Shown: one piece after another, positions 26,104 through 39,358 of the stretch | How the letters are laid out: each line of letters begins with the position of its first letter | How positions within the stretch are numbered: the first letter of the stretch is position 1 | From: Octopus bimaculoides | Taxonomy: Eukaryota | Assembly (NCBI RefSeq): GCF_001194135.2 | Contig: NC_068982.1 | Span: forward strand, 177,150,001 to 177,214,000 | Direction of reading: 5' to 3' | DNA length: 64,000 nucleotides | Translations under genes and position numbers: made by a program | The notes under the pieces: generated by a model | Seen by the model: only the letters and a program-made list of their open reading frames with translations | The model's database searches: none | Told to the model about the DNA's origin: nothing

Positions 26104-26311
26104 TCTACTCTAGGCACAAGGCCCGAAATTTGGTGGGAGGGGGCCAGTCGATTTGATCTATCCCAGTAAGCAACTGGTGCTGAATTTATCGACCCCCAAA
26201 GGATGAAAGGCAAAGTCGACCTCGGAAGAATTTAAACTCAGAATGTAAAGACAGAAGAAACACCGCTAAGCATTTCGGCCGGCGTGCTACCGTTTCTGCC
26301 AGCTCGCCGCC
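26104..26311 (-). mobile_element. tRNA-derived SINE family C
   Basis: Minus strand begins GGCGGCGAGCTGGCAGAAACGGTAGCACGCCGGCCGAAATGCTTAGCGG..GAGTTTAAATTC. Confidence 0.85.
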
Positions 26312-27728
26312 TTTCTATGCATATAATATTACAACATAAATATGAAAGAGGAAAAAACATTGATATGTATGGTATATATTCTATTGACAGCAATAACAGA
26401 TGAGGGAAATCGATCACAGTTGAAGCTTAAATCTGAATCATTGGTTCCAAATCTTTTCGTACCCAAGGATCCTTTTTGTTAAATAAATCTGCTTACGAAC
26501 AAGGCTTCTAAACTGTGCAACTGAATAACTATTTGTAACTGAGTTATTATACATTGTATGGTGTAATCTTTTAAAATTTTCAACACAGTTACACACCTTT
26601 CCCACTAGTAATTTTGTGGGCCCGCAAAAATTCGTGGGAACAAGGTTGAAACCTGCTTTTCTAAACTTACAGACGGAGAATTGCAAAAGCTGAAAATGTA
26701 TTCCTTTGTTTCCATGCTGGAAGACATGCGTTCATATCCGAAATAGAATGACTAGCCTTATCAATAATTATTTCTGATTTCGGCAAATATTGAACAGTTC
26801 TTGAAGAGAGGGGATTAGTCAGCATTATTGACTCCGAGCACTTGATCAGCTTGTTTTATCGGCGCACAAGGGATGACAAAAAGGAAAATTCTATATAATT
26901 TATTAGTCTAAGTGTAACCCCACTTATTTGTTATTGTGTAGTGAACACTTCCCTTTGTTACTATTAATGAGTTTTGAAGTTTGTATAAATACACACAATC
27001 GCTTCTCATTTCTGAATTGGAACTCAAACCGTAAATATCTGCAAGTTAATTGACCCTGGTACTTTATTTGCACTTATTTTATCGACCCCGAAATGGCACA
27101 AACTTCTTTATACATTAGTACTCAAGGGCATGGGCGCAGAACATAAAAAGATCTATACCGAAGCGAAACAAAAGGAACTAGAAATATAATTCAAATAAGG
27201 GTCAGAAGAAAAAAATGAAAATCAGTTTAATCAACTGTTCAACCCGCCTTCACAAATCTGACTTCTTTGTTTAGTCAAACGAGATACATCATGGTTTTCT
27301 TGATGCTACAATGACTCAAGTTACTGTTTTTGTTTCTCCCTAGATATGCAAAGACAAAGCATTCTAATAATGAAGCAAGGAAGAGCTTAATGCTTCAGTA
27401 ACGATATGACATGAACTGATTTATGCATAAGCCAAGACAATCATTTTGGTTGTTTACGACCTCCATATAACCCATGTCAACTATCTACATCACAGAATTT
27501 CAAAACAAGGAAAGAAAGAAATGCACGCAATAAACTTTAATGCGATCGCAATGTTACTAACGGAAGAGAAAAAATAAAATTTGCAGAAGTATTCACTACA
27601 CAACAATCAATATTTGGGGCTACACTAAGATTAATGAATTAAACAGAATTTTCTTGAGTAAATATATTCTAGCGATTAATATGGAGGAATACCATAGTCA
27701 TACTGGAACCCGGAATACACACACACAC

Positions 27729-27765
<37 letters not shown>

Positions 27766-27769
27766 AGAC

Positions 27770-29640
27770 TGGAAAGTTCTGTACACACGTGGGAGAGGTA
27801 TATAAAAAAGAAATGTAAGTTTCACAGAAAGTTTGTATAATAATATTTATGGTGATATTAGAATCATATTACATCATTACATCTTTACAAATTAAATAAG
27901 TACCGGTTTCACGATCAAACGTTTGTCAACTTATATAGAGAAAACTTTTTGGCTGTCAATAGGACGCCATCTTTGAAAAAAAGTGAACAGAGATGAAGCG
28001 GTATGTCAATGGGAGCAACTCTTATTTTTTCATGAAGTGATTCAATGTTTTTGGCAAGCATACAGTTACAGGAGTCATTTTATTTTATACAGTTAATTAT
28101 ATTACCGTGCTAGGTTTTAAAGATTAAGCAGTAATGTGTGAATGAGTGTATATGCATATACTTTATGCTCTAACATCTCATTTTCTCACTTGTAAAATAT
28201 ATATATATATAAGTATGAACAGTAATTTATAACTAAAAATTGTGGTTGGCATACATATATAACTTTTTTGTATATGTTGAAATTCCATAATTGAATAAAA
28301 TAAATCAGTCCAATAGAAAATGAACGATAAAGTAATTGCCAAGATATGAATACTTTCTCCATAAGAGTCGTGTCGGACCTCTCATGACTCAGGTTTGAAT
28401 ATAAATGGGTGACCAGGAGTCAAGTAATTAAGTGACAATTAGTAATACAATTAAATTGAATTGATGTTTAGTTCAGGTTTGTATTTTGGAATGAAATATG
28501 TCTCTTTATTGAGTCGGACTTGTGTAGAAGTCTAGTCAGCAAATTTATATAGAGAGAAAATAGTGAATTTAGTTTGTATCTGTTGCGTATACACATCGAT
28601 ATGTTCACTGAGATAATTTTGGCGGTATTTTGGTGAGGTTATTTGTTGACGATGCACGGTACAACGTTGACGGATAGAATACCCCGTGCTACCGATATAG
28701 TCTTTCTGGCAGACCGAGGAGAAATTTTATTTAATTGTAAAGTGTTGCCCATGTTTAAAATAGTATTCTGACCCTTCCAAAAGGTTGGGGCTTGTACCAC
28801 TGTTGGGACGATTACATTTTTTTTTACGTTTGGGCTTGTTGTGTAGGGGAATAATTTTGCATTAGTTAGCAGTTTCTTTAATAACTTAGGTTGTTTGTTG
28901 CTTTCGACAATTTTAATGTCACGTAAAATTCTTTTTAGTTTTGGGTCCTTGTGTAGTATTGGTAGCTTGTGTATGATTGTGCTGAATGCTTCTTTGTTTC
29001 TGGAGTTGTATATGGGAATGTAAGGTAGTGTTTTATGGAGAGGTTTGTTAATGTCTTTCATTTTTCTTAATGTCTCGGTGTTGATAGATTTGGCACGTTT
29101 TATTCCTTCATTAATGAGTTGGATTGGGTAGTGTCTATCCAGGAGGACGTTTTTCAGTTTTTGTAGTCATAAATCTCTAGTTTTTCTCTCTGAGACAATA
29201 GTGCTGATTCGTCTCGCAAGGTTGAAGGGGATGTTTGTATTTGTGTATCTAGAATGGCAACAGCTAAAGAGAAGGTATTGTTTTGCATCTGTTGTTTTAT
29301 AAAATATGTCTGTTTCGATTTGTTGTTGTTTCTTGTTTTTTTTAATTAGAATGTCTAGTAATGGAAGTGCCTCATGGCTGTATTCCATTGTGAATCGAAT
29401 GCTTATGTGGATGCAGTTCAGAAGTGTTTTAAATTCTAGGAGTTTGTTTAAGTGGTTGTTTCAGAGTATGAAACAGTCATCCAAGTATCTCTTCCAATTC
29501 TCTTTAATGAATTAGGCGAGAGGGTCTCCAAATTTTCGCAGTGAATTCTGATATATATTTTTTCTACTAAGAATCCCATTGTGAGGTTAGTAATGGTTGG
29601 TGGCCATCGCAATTCAGGATATTTGCTTCCCAAAAACACC
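27770..29640 (-). mobile_element. Penelope-like element: decayed RT, GIY-YIG region and 3' pseudo-LTR
   Basis: NWKRYLDDCF catalytic motif near 29480; LPLLDILIKK..IETDIFYKTTDAKQYLLFSCCHSRYTNTNIPFNLARRI; YIPIYNSRN linker; decayed endonuclease region downstream. Confidence 0.85.
27896..27934 (-). ncRNA. Decayed minimal type I hammerhead in the PLE 3' pseudo-LTR
   Basis: ATAAG-TTGACAA-ACG(TTTGAT)CGT-GAAAC-CG-GTA-CTTAT. All stems pair; C3 and G8 of the core are mutated. Confidence 0.6.
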
Positions 29641-31229
29641 GAAGAGCTTCATGAAAAAATAAGAATTGCGCCCCTAGACATATTGTTTCCGAAACACAGC
29701 AGTAATTGACTCACAAAGATGTATGTTTGCAATGCACATCAACTTCTCCAATAAATTTATGAGTTATATAATCTCCCCACCCCAATTTAGCCGATCGAAC
29801 TGTGTTCGCCTTTTTACCCCAAACATTCTCTGGAATACTCCTTCCGTACATTTGTTTTCATACCGCGCATCAACTCTATTAATCTAACCAGTGTTACAGA
29901 ATATAGTATTGCCGTCAGTGATATCTTTCCTTTTTGAAAAAAGAATACAATTTAAAAATAGCCTTTGTAAATACCCCAGTACATCAATGGTATTGAGAGG
30001 GTGACAAACAAAACCAACCTCATTGAAAGTTTAGTGAAGAGCATGGAAACTAGAAACTGAACACTGTAGAACATCTAATCTGTATTATGTCATCGTTGCT
30101 AATCTATCATCTTATTGATTAACGAGTTGTAAGGGGAAGGTGTTGGCGTCTGCATTGATTTCCCATACATGCCAGCAACATATTTTATTGGCTTGGGGGA
30201 CTGAAATATAAATATAATTCCGATGAGATATAAATGGCGATTACCGAGAGATAAAATTAAATATCGCACAGCATACATACTCAAATTGGATATTCCTCAT
30301 GTATTGTCGTCTATCCAACATCAATACTGATTTTACAAATTCCATACATTTTAAGCGAAGTGTGTAGTCGACAGAATTAAGTCCTGTATTTGATATGCAT
30401 ATATTTTCTGGACTAAATATTTTGAAGCTACAATCTAAAAGAAAATAGCGAGATACGTCAGTAAATTTTAGTTGAAACTCGACCGTCGTTCCTTCTACTT
30501 CGCAACAATAAAATGATAATGGTAGAATAATCCTTTGAAACATAAACATATTCCGAGAGTAAGTGAGAAACTGATGAGAGAGTCCTTGTGGAAATAAATT
30601 AGGGAAAGCGAATATGACGCAGTAATGTGGAAACAGACTATAGCATAACAGATAATAAAACAAAAACATTCATGTTATAACCTATGAACCTCAATATTAT
30701 TTATAAAGATTTTCTGATTATTGAGAAGAACTTCAAAGAGATTATAGAAATAAATTACGCAATAAAAAAATTTCATATGAGAAAATATAAGCGCCAATTC
30801 TGAAATCAAAGGAAGCCCGCATAAATTTCTTAACATATGTACAGTGTTTTCTCATAGGTCGTGGGTAGCGGGATTAATTTACGTTTCCGCATAAGAATTA
30901 TTTGGGCCATACGATTCTGTTTCTTTTGCATTTTTGCATGGTATAGTAAGAATGAGAAAAGTTGTTAACAACAACAATAACGAAAATAATAATAATAATA
31001 ACAATAATAAGGACGCAAAAATTATTTGTGGAAATAAGATGACAATGGAAAGTGGCAATTCACATATGTACGAATAAACTAAATATCTAGAAAAATGATG
31101 AAAAAAATTCCCAAAAGTTACGGATACCACCCACAGATATCTAAGGAACTTCACTGTTCGTGGAACAACCCAACCAAGAGCATTAGAGAGAGACACCTCT
31201 AAGTCATTTCTCTCTCCGTTTTACAGGCG

Positions 31230-33290
31230 CTGTTCAGGCATAACTACCATGTTATACCACATTCAAGAAATTTATTGAGACGCAGCAACACCCTATTTAG
31301 CCTCACCTTCCTTTCTTAGTCAAACTTGAAGAAGTTGATGAGTGTTTGATTAAGGAGGTGTTTGCTTTCAGCCCTTACAGTCCCGTCCACAACACCTCTT
31401 TTATTATGACCACGAAGCAGAAAAGAAATTCCTGTACTTGCCGGCCAAAGGATGGTGGTGTGAAGATTTTCATAGTGGTTTGATCCGTCATGCGAGCGAT
31501 AGCAGCCATTCGATATAACTTCATATACGTCATCAATGCTCGAACAGCACCATAGGTGTGCGTGCATGACAGTTTCGTCGCTTCACAAGCATCACGGGTA
31601 TGGCTGGCTGATGGTAATATTATGCTTGTACAGTTTATCCAGAAACAGTTAATCATCCTGGTAGCACTCTCAGGATAGAAATTATCCATCGAAATCCTCC
31701 GGAAAAGAACAATCAGTTTTCCCGAGAAGTTCGTCACTGTTTCCTGCCATTAATACCTTATAGACTTGACAGTGGAAGTTCCATTGATTGCCTTGTCCAA
31801 CTGTTTGAGGGTTGTGAGCACCTGATGATACTCGAAATGCGAAGCATCATACTTCAATCTACAGCTGATCCATGATTGCTATTCTGTCAAAGAAATGAAG
31901 CGTGGGGAAGTGAGTTACAGCCCTGTTTACCACCAAGAAAGCGCTGAAGACGCAACCTCATCCCTCCACTGCTTGCCATTTGCCATGAAATACCCAGCCC
32001 TCTTTGCAGCAGATTTTGACAGCACGTGAACCGTCTGATCAGCGGCGTCCGTTCCTGCTACAAAAGTCGGAAGAGTAAGCGCTCCTGCCCGGTGAAACAT
32101 GAAGCAGGGCAGGGTGGGACAAGCATGACAATCAAATGTAATATAAACGTTCGCCACTTTCGACCGAATCTTCAGGAATAGCTTCCACGCGGACCATTTC
32201 ATGCTGAGACTTGCCATTTGTGTTTGTCCTTCTGGAAATCCGGACCAAACCAAACTGCAAGTAATTTAACAAGTGCGTCAGTCCAGCACCCCATGATGCT
32301 GTCAGCCTCCCAATGTGGCTGGCTGCGGGCTTGCCGACTTTATTTGCTTAATTCTTGACCCTGCCACCACTTCGTACGCCTTCAAAGCAGTACTGATTAT
32401 GTCGGTATGTTTGGTATCCGACACAATTATAGTGATGTCGTATCATATACTGATACGACTCTACTGCATTGTAACTCTCGTGAAATTCACGAAGAAACCT
32501 CTAGGTTGCTCATTGTGGATCAAGCGTCAGTACATATAGAAGGTGCGTGAAGGGGAAGTTGGGAAGGACCAAACGTATAATAAACACCGGTTAAGATAGA
32601 TGGTGACTTACTAAAACCACCGCGCACGTATCACTGTCCATTGCACTCAGGCAATCTCTTATGATGGACACGAAACAGTGGCCATGCAAACATCCACCAA
32701 GTATTGATGGTAAACCCTATTGAAATGGTTTGATGTATTTAAAGTAATCAGATCACCACCCATGCGAGATTTGTAACTAGTCTTTTCTATGATGTATCGT
32801 GTGAAAATGAGCCTTTCGAAGAATTATACCTCCATAGCTGAGAGCTACAGCAGGGCATCTTCTCTAAGCTGTCATCAGCTCCATACGATTAACGAAAATT
32901 CGGCTGAAAGGCTGCACATAAGTTCTTAGAATTGTACAACTTGCACACATCCCAATCTGTTAGCGACCAAATTCTGACTTTGTACCCGTATTGTGCTTCT
33001 GCCACCTATACCCATCGAACTTCTTTCGTTCTCACATGTCCCAAAGCAAGCACACGCCGTATTTCTGATTGCTCAAAAGCCAATCTTGCTGCCAATATGA
33101 CAGGTGTAGTGTTTTTCGTAAGCTCCCCTTCTAGCTTCTTCACTAGTTCTCACTGTCACCTAAAATTTTCCGTACTTCCACACCACATCCTGTCCACTCA
33201 AGTTGCGCTTCGGGGCTAATCACCATTGATTGCTGAGTTTTCCCCCAATGTAACTGGCTTCCTTTTAATCTCTTCACTCAGCACTAACCA
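31230..33290 (-). mobile_element. Decayed Tx1/L1-clade LINE ORF2 (RT domain and thumb)
   Basis: Collinear remnants: YWQQD; RYIIEK..GGDLITLNTSNHFNRVYHQYL (LD.SKAFDRV); LLYVLTLDP; frameshifted YADD then ITIIVSD..ALKAYEVVAGSRI; WTDALVKLLAVWFGPDFQ; KLFLKIRSKVANVYI. Confidence 0.8.
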
Positions 33291-33894
33291 ACCAATCGAT
33301 AAAATACACAATTATCTAAGATTTCTGGTACGTACATTGGACGTAGGGTTAGTGTAATTGTTAAATTAGGCGCCAGATTGGTAGAAAAGATACAATCTAT
33401 GCTAGTTGACGCTGATGCTGATGTTAAAAATTCTTTAAAATGCTTTACATTCTTATAAACATTATTTGATTTACGTTTAGGTATTGTATATGTATACATA
33501 CTCATCAAAACATACGCATACATATGCGCATTCACACACGAGCAAACACACACACGTTAAGATGAAGATGCTTAAATTGCATAACTAGAAGTAATCAATA
33601 AAAAGGACTCAACCAATTTGGACAGCAGGCATTATTGATAAAGATTTCAGGAAAACAGCTGGAAGGTTTCAAAGAGATGAATAATAGTAAGGAAAGAAAG
33701 AAACGAAGGAGGGAAGGAAGGAAGGGGGAAAAAGGAAAGAAATAAGGAAAGAAGAAAGGAAAAAGAAAGATGGATAGAATGACTGAGGGATACATAGATA
33801 TACATGTAGCAACCTAGGTAGATGGGTGTGAAGGAAGATAATGGATGAATTCTCACACACATACAAAACTTAAACGTATAGGGATGTGTTTGAG

Positions 33895-33900
33895 AGTGAC

Positions 33901-33933
<33 letters not shown>

Positions 33934-34040
33934 TAGGGAGAGAGAGAAAGGGGAGAGAGAGGAGGGAGAGAGAGGAGGGAGAGTGAGGGAGGGAGAGAGA
34001 GGAGGGAGAGAGAGGGGAGGGAGAGAGAGGAGGGAGTGAG
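33895..34040. repeat. GA-rich low-complexity purine tract
   Basis: Direct reading. Confidence 0.9.
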
Positions 34041-34526
34041 AGAGTAAACTTGAGAGAGAGTTGGGTCTTTTACTTATTAAGAGGAGTGTACTGTAGGACT
34101 ATATCATACGCACATGCTAATAGACACATATACGCCAATGTATCAGTAGAACCAGTCAGACATACTATCGTATTTAAATTTTCAAAAAATTGTTCATTGT
34201 GTATCAATTCGTCTAAAAGAGATCTGGAGAAAGATTGCGTTATTTTCTATCAAAGGTTCAATAAATCTAATCAGCAGCTTGTTAATACTTCAAATGATTA
34301 TTTTATCAATCCTATAGCATTTCTTTAATATTACGTAAGTTGTTTATTCTGTTTAATTGAAACTAACTTTAAGGGCAGTCGTTGATTTAAAAAGGGTTAG
34401 TGAAACAGAAACGATCTGAAATAACATTAACGTATAGCGTTGAAATGGTGCAGTAAAGAAATTTCTATAACAACCATGACCTAATTAGACAACATAAATT
34501 TGGTAGACGAAAACCGTGCAAAGACC

Positions 34527-34585
<59 letters not shown>

Positions 34586-35489
34586 NNNNNNNNNNNNNNN
34601 NNNNNNNNNNNNNNNNNNNNNNNNNNNNNNNNNNNNNNNNNNNNNNNNNNNNNNNNNNNNNNNNNNNNNNNNNNNNNNNNNNNNNNNNNNNNNNNNNNNN
34701 NNNNNNNNNNNNNNNNNNNNNNNNNNNNNNNNNNNNNNNNNNNNNNNNNNNNNNNNNNNNNNNNNNNNNNNNNNNNNNNNNNNNNNNNNNNNNNNNNNNN
34801 NNNNNNNNNNNNNNNNNNNNNNNNNNNNNNNNNNNNNNNNNNNNNNNNNNNNNNNNNNNNNNNNNNNNNNNNNNNNNNNNNNNNNNNNNNNNNNNNNNNN
34901 NNNNNNNNNNNNNNNNNNNNNNNNNNNNNNNNNNNNNNNNNNNNNNNNNNNNNNNNNNNNNNNNNNNNNNNNNNNNNNNNNNNNNNNNNNNNNNNNNNNN
35001 NNNNNNNNNNNNNNNNNNNNNNNNNNNNNNNNNNNNNNNNNNNNNNNNNNNNNNNNNNNNNNNNNNNNNNNNNNNNNNNNNNNNNNNNNNNNNNNNNNNN
35101 NNNNNNNNNNNNNNNNNNNNNNNNNNNNNNNNNNNNNNNNNNNNNNNNNNNNNNNNNNNNNNNNNNNNNNNNNNNNNNNNNNNNNNNNNNNNNNNNNNNN
35201 NNNNNNNNNNNNNNNNNNNNNNNNNNNNNNNNNNNNNNNNNNNNNNNNNNNNNNNNNNNNNNNNNNNNNNNNNNNNNNNNNNNNNNNNNNNNNNNNNNNN
35301 NNNNNNNNNNNNNNNNNNNNNNNNNNNNNNNNNNNNNNNNNNNNNNNNNNNNNNNNNNNNNNNNNNNNNNNNNNNNNNNNNNNNNNNNNNNNNNNNNNNN
35401 NNNNNNNNNNNNNNNNNNNNNNNNNNNNNNNNNNNNNNNNNNNNNNNNNNNNNNNNNNNNNNNNNNNNGTGTGTGTATGTGTGTGTGTG

Positions 35490-35527
<38 letters not shown>

Positions 35528-35559
35528 TTTATTTAAAAGCAGCAGAAATATAACAAAAG

Positions 35560-35599
35560 ACTGTTACTCTGAGTTTCACGTTCCCGTTCATCGGACAGT
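35560..35599 (-). ncRNA. Minimal type I hammerhead ribozyme (U4C core variant), structurally complete
   Basis: ACTGT-CCGATGA-ACG(GGAA)CGT-GAAA-CT(CAG)AG-TA-ACAGT. 5-bp stem I, 3-bp stem II with a GNRA loop, 3-bp stem III, GUA cleavage triplet. Confidence 0.75.
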
Positions 35600-37249
35600 T
35601 TGTTATATATATTTATATTTACATATATATACATGCAGACATATATATAAACGACTGTTGTGTGTGTTTCTGCATATATAAATAAATAGGAAAATTCATT
35701 CCTCTACCAGTATAGTTAACTGTTTATTCAATAAACGTATTATAAAGCTGTATCCTAAAGTACTGTTAAAATTCTCGTGTATCAAAATTCATTCATATTA
35801 GCTGGAACTGTGAATATTTCATGGAATTTATAGTAAACGTATAGGGTTTATTCCTAAAAACTTTATCCAAATACCTGAAAACGTAGCTTCTGTTTGTGTA
35901 TATATCAAAAGATAGTCGCCCATCGCTTTGTATATATACTTTATATACTTTATGCACAATTCTTTAGACTTAATACAAAGTACACATAAAATAAATATTC
36001 ACTCTTATTTTCCCACTTTTGACATTAACAGAAAAAATTATATTTTAAAATTCATATGGTCACAATTTCATATCCAGAAAACAAGCACTTTATAGTTAAA
36101 AAAATTATTTTATATGTAAAATATGGGGATCACGATTTCATGGGGGTAAAAATTGAACGCAACGTGGCAAACACTGACAACCATATCATTGGTAACTTAT
36201 AAGCCATGGCAATGGGTCAGAGCCAATGCACACTTTTCAATCCAATACTTCTTTGCAGACTATGTTCTTCGTGTAAGTTCTCCCTCTTCTTTTCATTTGT
36301 TTGTCAGTGTTGATAACTCTAACTCTCACATCAGATAATTTGCGAGCCTTTGAGAATGCAACACATAGCTAAGCATGGCCGAATACAGGTTCAAGCAAGA
36401 ACAGCCACTTTATCTAATATCCGCCATTATGATTTATTGGTAGTCATTGCATAAAGTGAATGGCAAGTTTAGGATGCGCATGCGTTAAGTGTTAAGTGCT
36501 ATAAAAAAGACTTAGTTCAACTAAAAGTATTACATTTCACTATACACTCATCATTGCCACCACCACCACTATCATCTCGTAGAATATATAAGGGTTTAAA
36601 ATATAAAAGTATTAGATTTAGACCACAAGTGAGTACAATGCGACAGCTCCTCCATTTATAAGGAATGAGAGTGATAGTAGGTTTAGTATAATAGAACGAT
36701 TTAAAATACTTCAAGAAGTTACAAAATTACCTAATCAGCGAAGTGAGCACGGGATTTCATGTAGATATAAATTTCTGAAAACATTACATTTTTTTAACGT
36801 AATATCTGCTTATATATGAATAGTCAAATTCCAAAGAACAATGCGCCAATAATGTATCCACGAAATACAAGTAAATGACAAGAGAACATGGATTTGCTTA
36901 TTAGCTCATTCAAAGGCAAAGTTATTGATTTAACTAGCATAACACCTCCAAAATATAGAGCTACGTACGAAAATATACGCGTATATGCATGTATGTATGT
37001 TGTCTTTTGTTTTTAATTATTTGAATTCTTCCTCTAATTAAGGAGCTGGTTTTTAACAAAAATACAACGCTCCATCTTTGAAAAGTAGGTAACCAAAACA
37101 AATTTACATATTAAACTTGAGAAATAGCTTACATATTTTACCTCCCCCCCTACAGATTATAACTGTAATGCGCAAATTGGTAGGTTCATTTGTTTTTCTG
37201 ACAAACCTACCCTTTCCAGATTGCCACTTGGACATTTACTCACAAAAGC

Positions 37250-37725
37250 AAGGGCACCGACTATTATTAGAACAAATGTGATTTTATGTCGAAGCAGTTG
37301 TTCATAGCTATGCTCTTTGTCTGATTTTCGATGAGATTTTCACATCAATAAGACTGGTGTCCTCAATGACGGTATATAGTTTTTACTGTCTGTCCCAAAC
37401 AAGATCCAGCACGTTATGTTTTAACCTAACACATTTCGATGGGAATGCTCCAATAGTAGTCCTTGAGTTGATATTTGTGCAGTATTCAACGACAGGGGAT
37501 TTTCTATATTTATTCCAGAAGGGTTTTTTTACGAATGGTACAGCATATTGTTTTTGGGGGGCTTTTTGTCTGTTTGTTAGTTTGTTGGCTTTTTTTTTTA
37601 GACAACGTTGTGTCACATACGGAGGTAGTATCTTGATAAACATTTTTGGGCATCGCACGAAGTCTGTAATATCCTCTCCAGAAATATTGCATAAATTACA
37701 TTTTCGGTTGCATCTTGATGATCCA
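37250..37725 (-). mobile_element. R4/Dong-like RLE LINE 3' fragment
   Basis: CNLCNISGEDITD, LSRYYLRM*HNVV and KHNVLDLVWDRQ*KLYTVIE match the knuckle plus RLE region also seen at 4.4 kb and 57.7 kb. Confidence 0.65.
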
Positions 37726-38919
37726 TGAACTCTCTGCAATTATATGCACAACTGTGCACGTACTCAAACACGACAAAATGCATAATGCAAGTATGTGTGT
37801 GTACGTGAGTGTGTGTGTGTGTGTATGCGTGTGCCAGTGTGTGTGTGTATGCGTGTGCCAGTGTGTGTACGTGTGTGCATATATTCTGTATGGATATGCA
37901 TATACATATGTGGTTTTATTCATGTTCATATTTATAAATTTGGACCAGACAGGAGACGAAATTATGGATAACGCTAAGAGGAAGATCCTAAAATACTAGA
38001 AACAGAAGGACAATAGACAACGAAACAGGTTGAAGTGGGGGACACGAGAGAATACGACCAGTTGCTTCAGCGGTAGGCGCGAAAAAGTAAAGAGAAAGAG
38101 AAAAAGCAAAAAAGATTAACAAGAGTCACATGTTAGTAGTAGGGGGAGAAAAGTGGTAGAGAGCAGAGAGGGAAGGCGATAGACTGGAGAAGCTAGCAGC
38201 AGATATGTAGAGAGGGAAGAGTAGAAACAGAGCGAGAGAGAGAAAAGAAAATCAGGGATACGAAAAGCCGTCGTACGAATATATAACAAATCACATACTG
38301 TAGATAAAATTAAAGGTACGTACTGTTCCATTAATTAATAAGTTTAAAACATATAATACATTCACAAGCAAACGGAAAACAGACAGAAAAGGTCCTCCTT
38401 TCCTGATCACGCTGACTGAGGGTTTGATCGCTAATATTTGTCATTACCGGTCGCTAATATATATTACTCTCTATGCCTTTTACCAGTAAACAAATTAAGC
38501 ATCGATGGAAAAGAGTTGATGGAAATACTCAATGAAATGAGTCAGAAAGTGAACTGATGATATATCTACAATAACGCGCCCTCCTGATGACAGTTTATCT
38601 TCTATCTGACGCCCTCTGTTCTACTGTATGTTCATTTATCCCATCGGATGCCAAGTATAAATTGCTTCCCCAAGCACATGTAGGACATTTCATAGCCATT
38701 GCCACGATTCTGGATTCTGTCAATATCTTTTCAGTTCAATAATTTTACTTATGTTACCTGTCTCTTTCAGTTTAACAATAATTATGTATTATGTAATTTC
38801 CATTACGTAACTAATGAACTAATAGTAAGTTGGTGTAAGTTATGAAAACTAATCGTAAGCTGGTGCATGTAATTATCTTATAGACAGTCTTTCGTGTTTA
38901 TAGATATAAAGTTAGTGTA

Positions 38920-39210
38920 AGGACGCATGGGTCAGTGGTTAGAGCGTCGGTTAGTGCGATTGTGAGTTCTTGAGCAAGATAATTTATTTCACGTTGCCCC
39001 AGTTCACTCAGCAATAGAAATGAGTTGCAACATCACTAGTGTATCGGTCTTTGACTCTTCGTTGAACAATATCGGTGTCATAGAGCGGGGAGACTGAAAT
39101 GCAGCAGTGACTACTAGTTTCCCACAAAGAACTTTATCCGGGCTGTACCTCAGAGGAGAACTTTCTAGATGCAATCCCATGGTCATTCTTGACAGAAGGG
39201 GTGGTCTTAA
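38920..39210 (+). mobile_element. tRNA-derived SINE, family A-type head
   Basis: GGACGCATGGGTCAGTGGTTAGAGCG..CTTGAGCAAGATAATTTATTTCACGTTGCCCCAGTTCACTCAGC. Confidence 0.7.
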
Positions 39211-39267
39211 TTAATATATATATATATATATATAAATTAAGAAATGGAGTCAAATGCAGGTGTTATT

Positions 39268-39358
39268 CTATCCAACATATGTTTCGAAGAAAGCATTGAG
39301 ATTATTCCGGAGGGAATAAAATGATGTAAAACAGTACAATCATATCGTCAGGGAAATA
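39268..39358 (-). ncRNA. Type I hammerhead motif with extended stem II (decayed)
   Basis: TCC-CTGACGA-TATGA...TCTTC-GAAAC-ATAT-GTT-GGA. The core is intact; stem II has two mismatches. Confidence 0.6.

Noticed and set aside
30570-30605. CTGATGA...GAAAT
   Set aside because: No stem II or stem III pairing.
29870-30830. Possible decayed LINE coding sequence
   Set aside because: No motif could be assigned with confidence.
31927-32253. 108-aa and neighbouring 120-aa ORFs as a host gene
   Set aside because: Part of the decayed Tx1-like ORF2.
36259-36272. Possible 14-nt plus-strand micro-exon (TTTGCAG / GTAAGT)
   Set aside because: No supporting neighbouring exons or recognisable peptide.
37383-37739. 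118-aa minus-strand ORF that looks like a Cys-containing protein
   Set aside because: Explained as a frameshifted R4-like LINE knuckle/RLE remnant.
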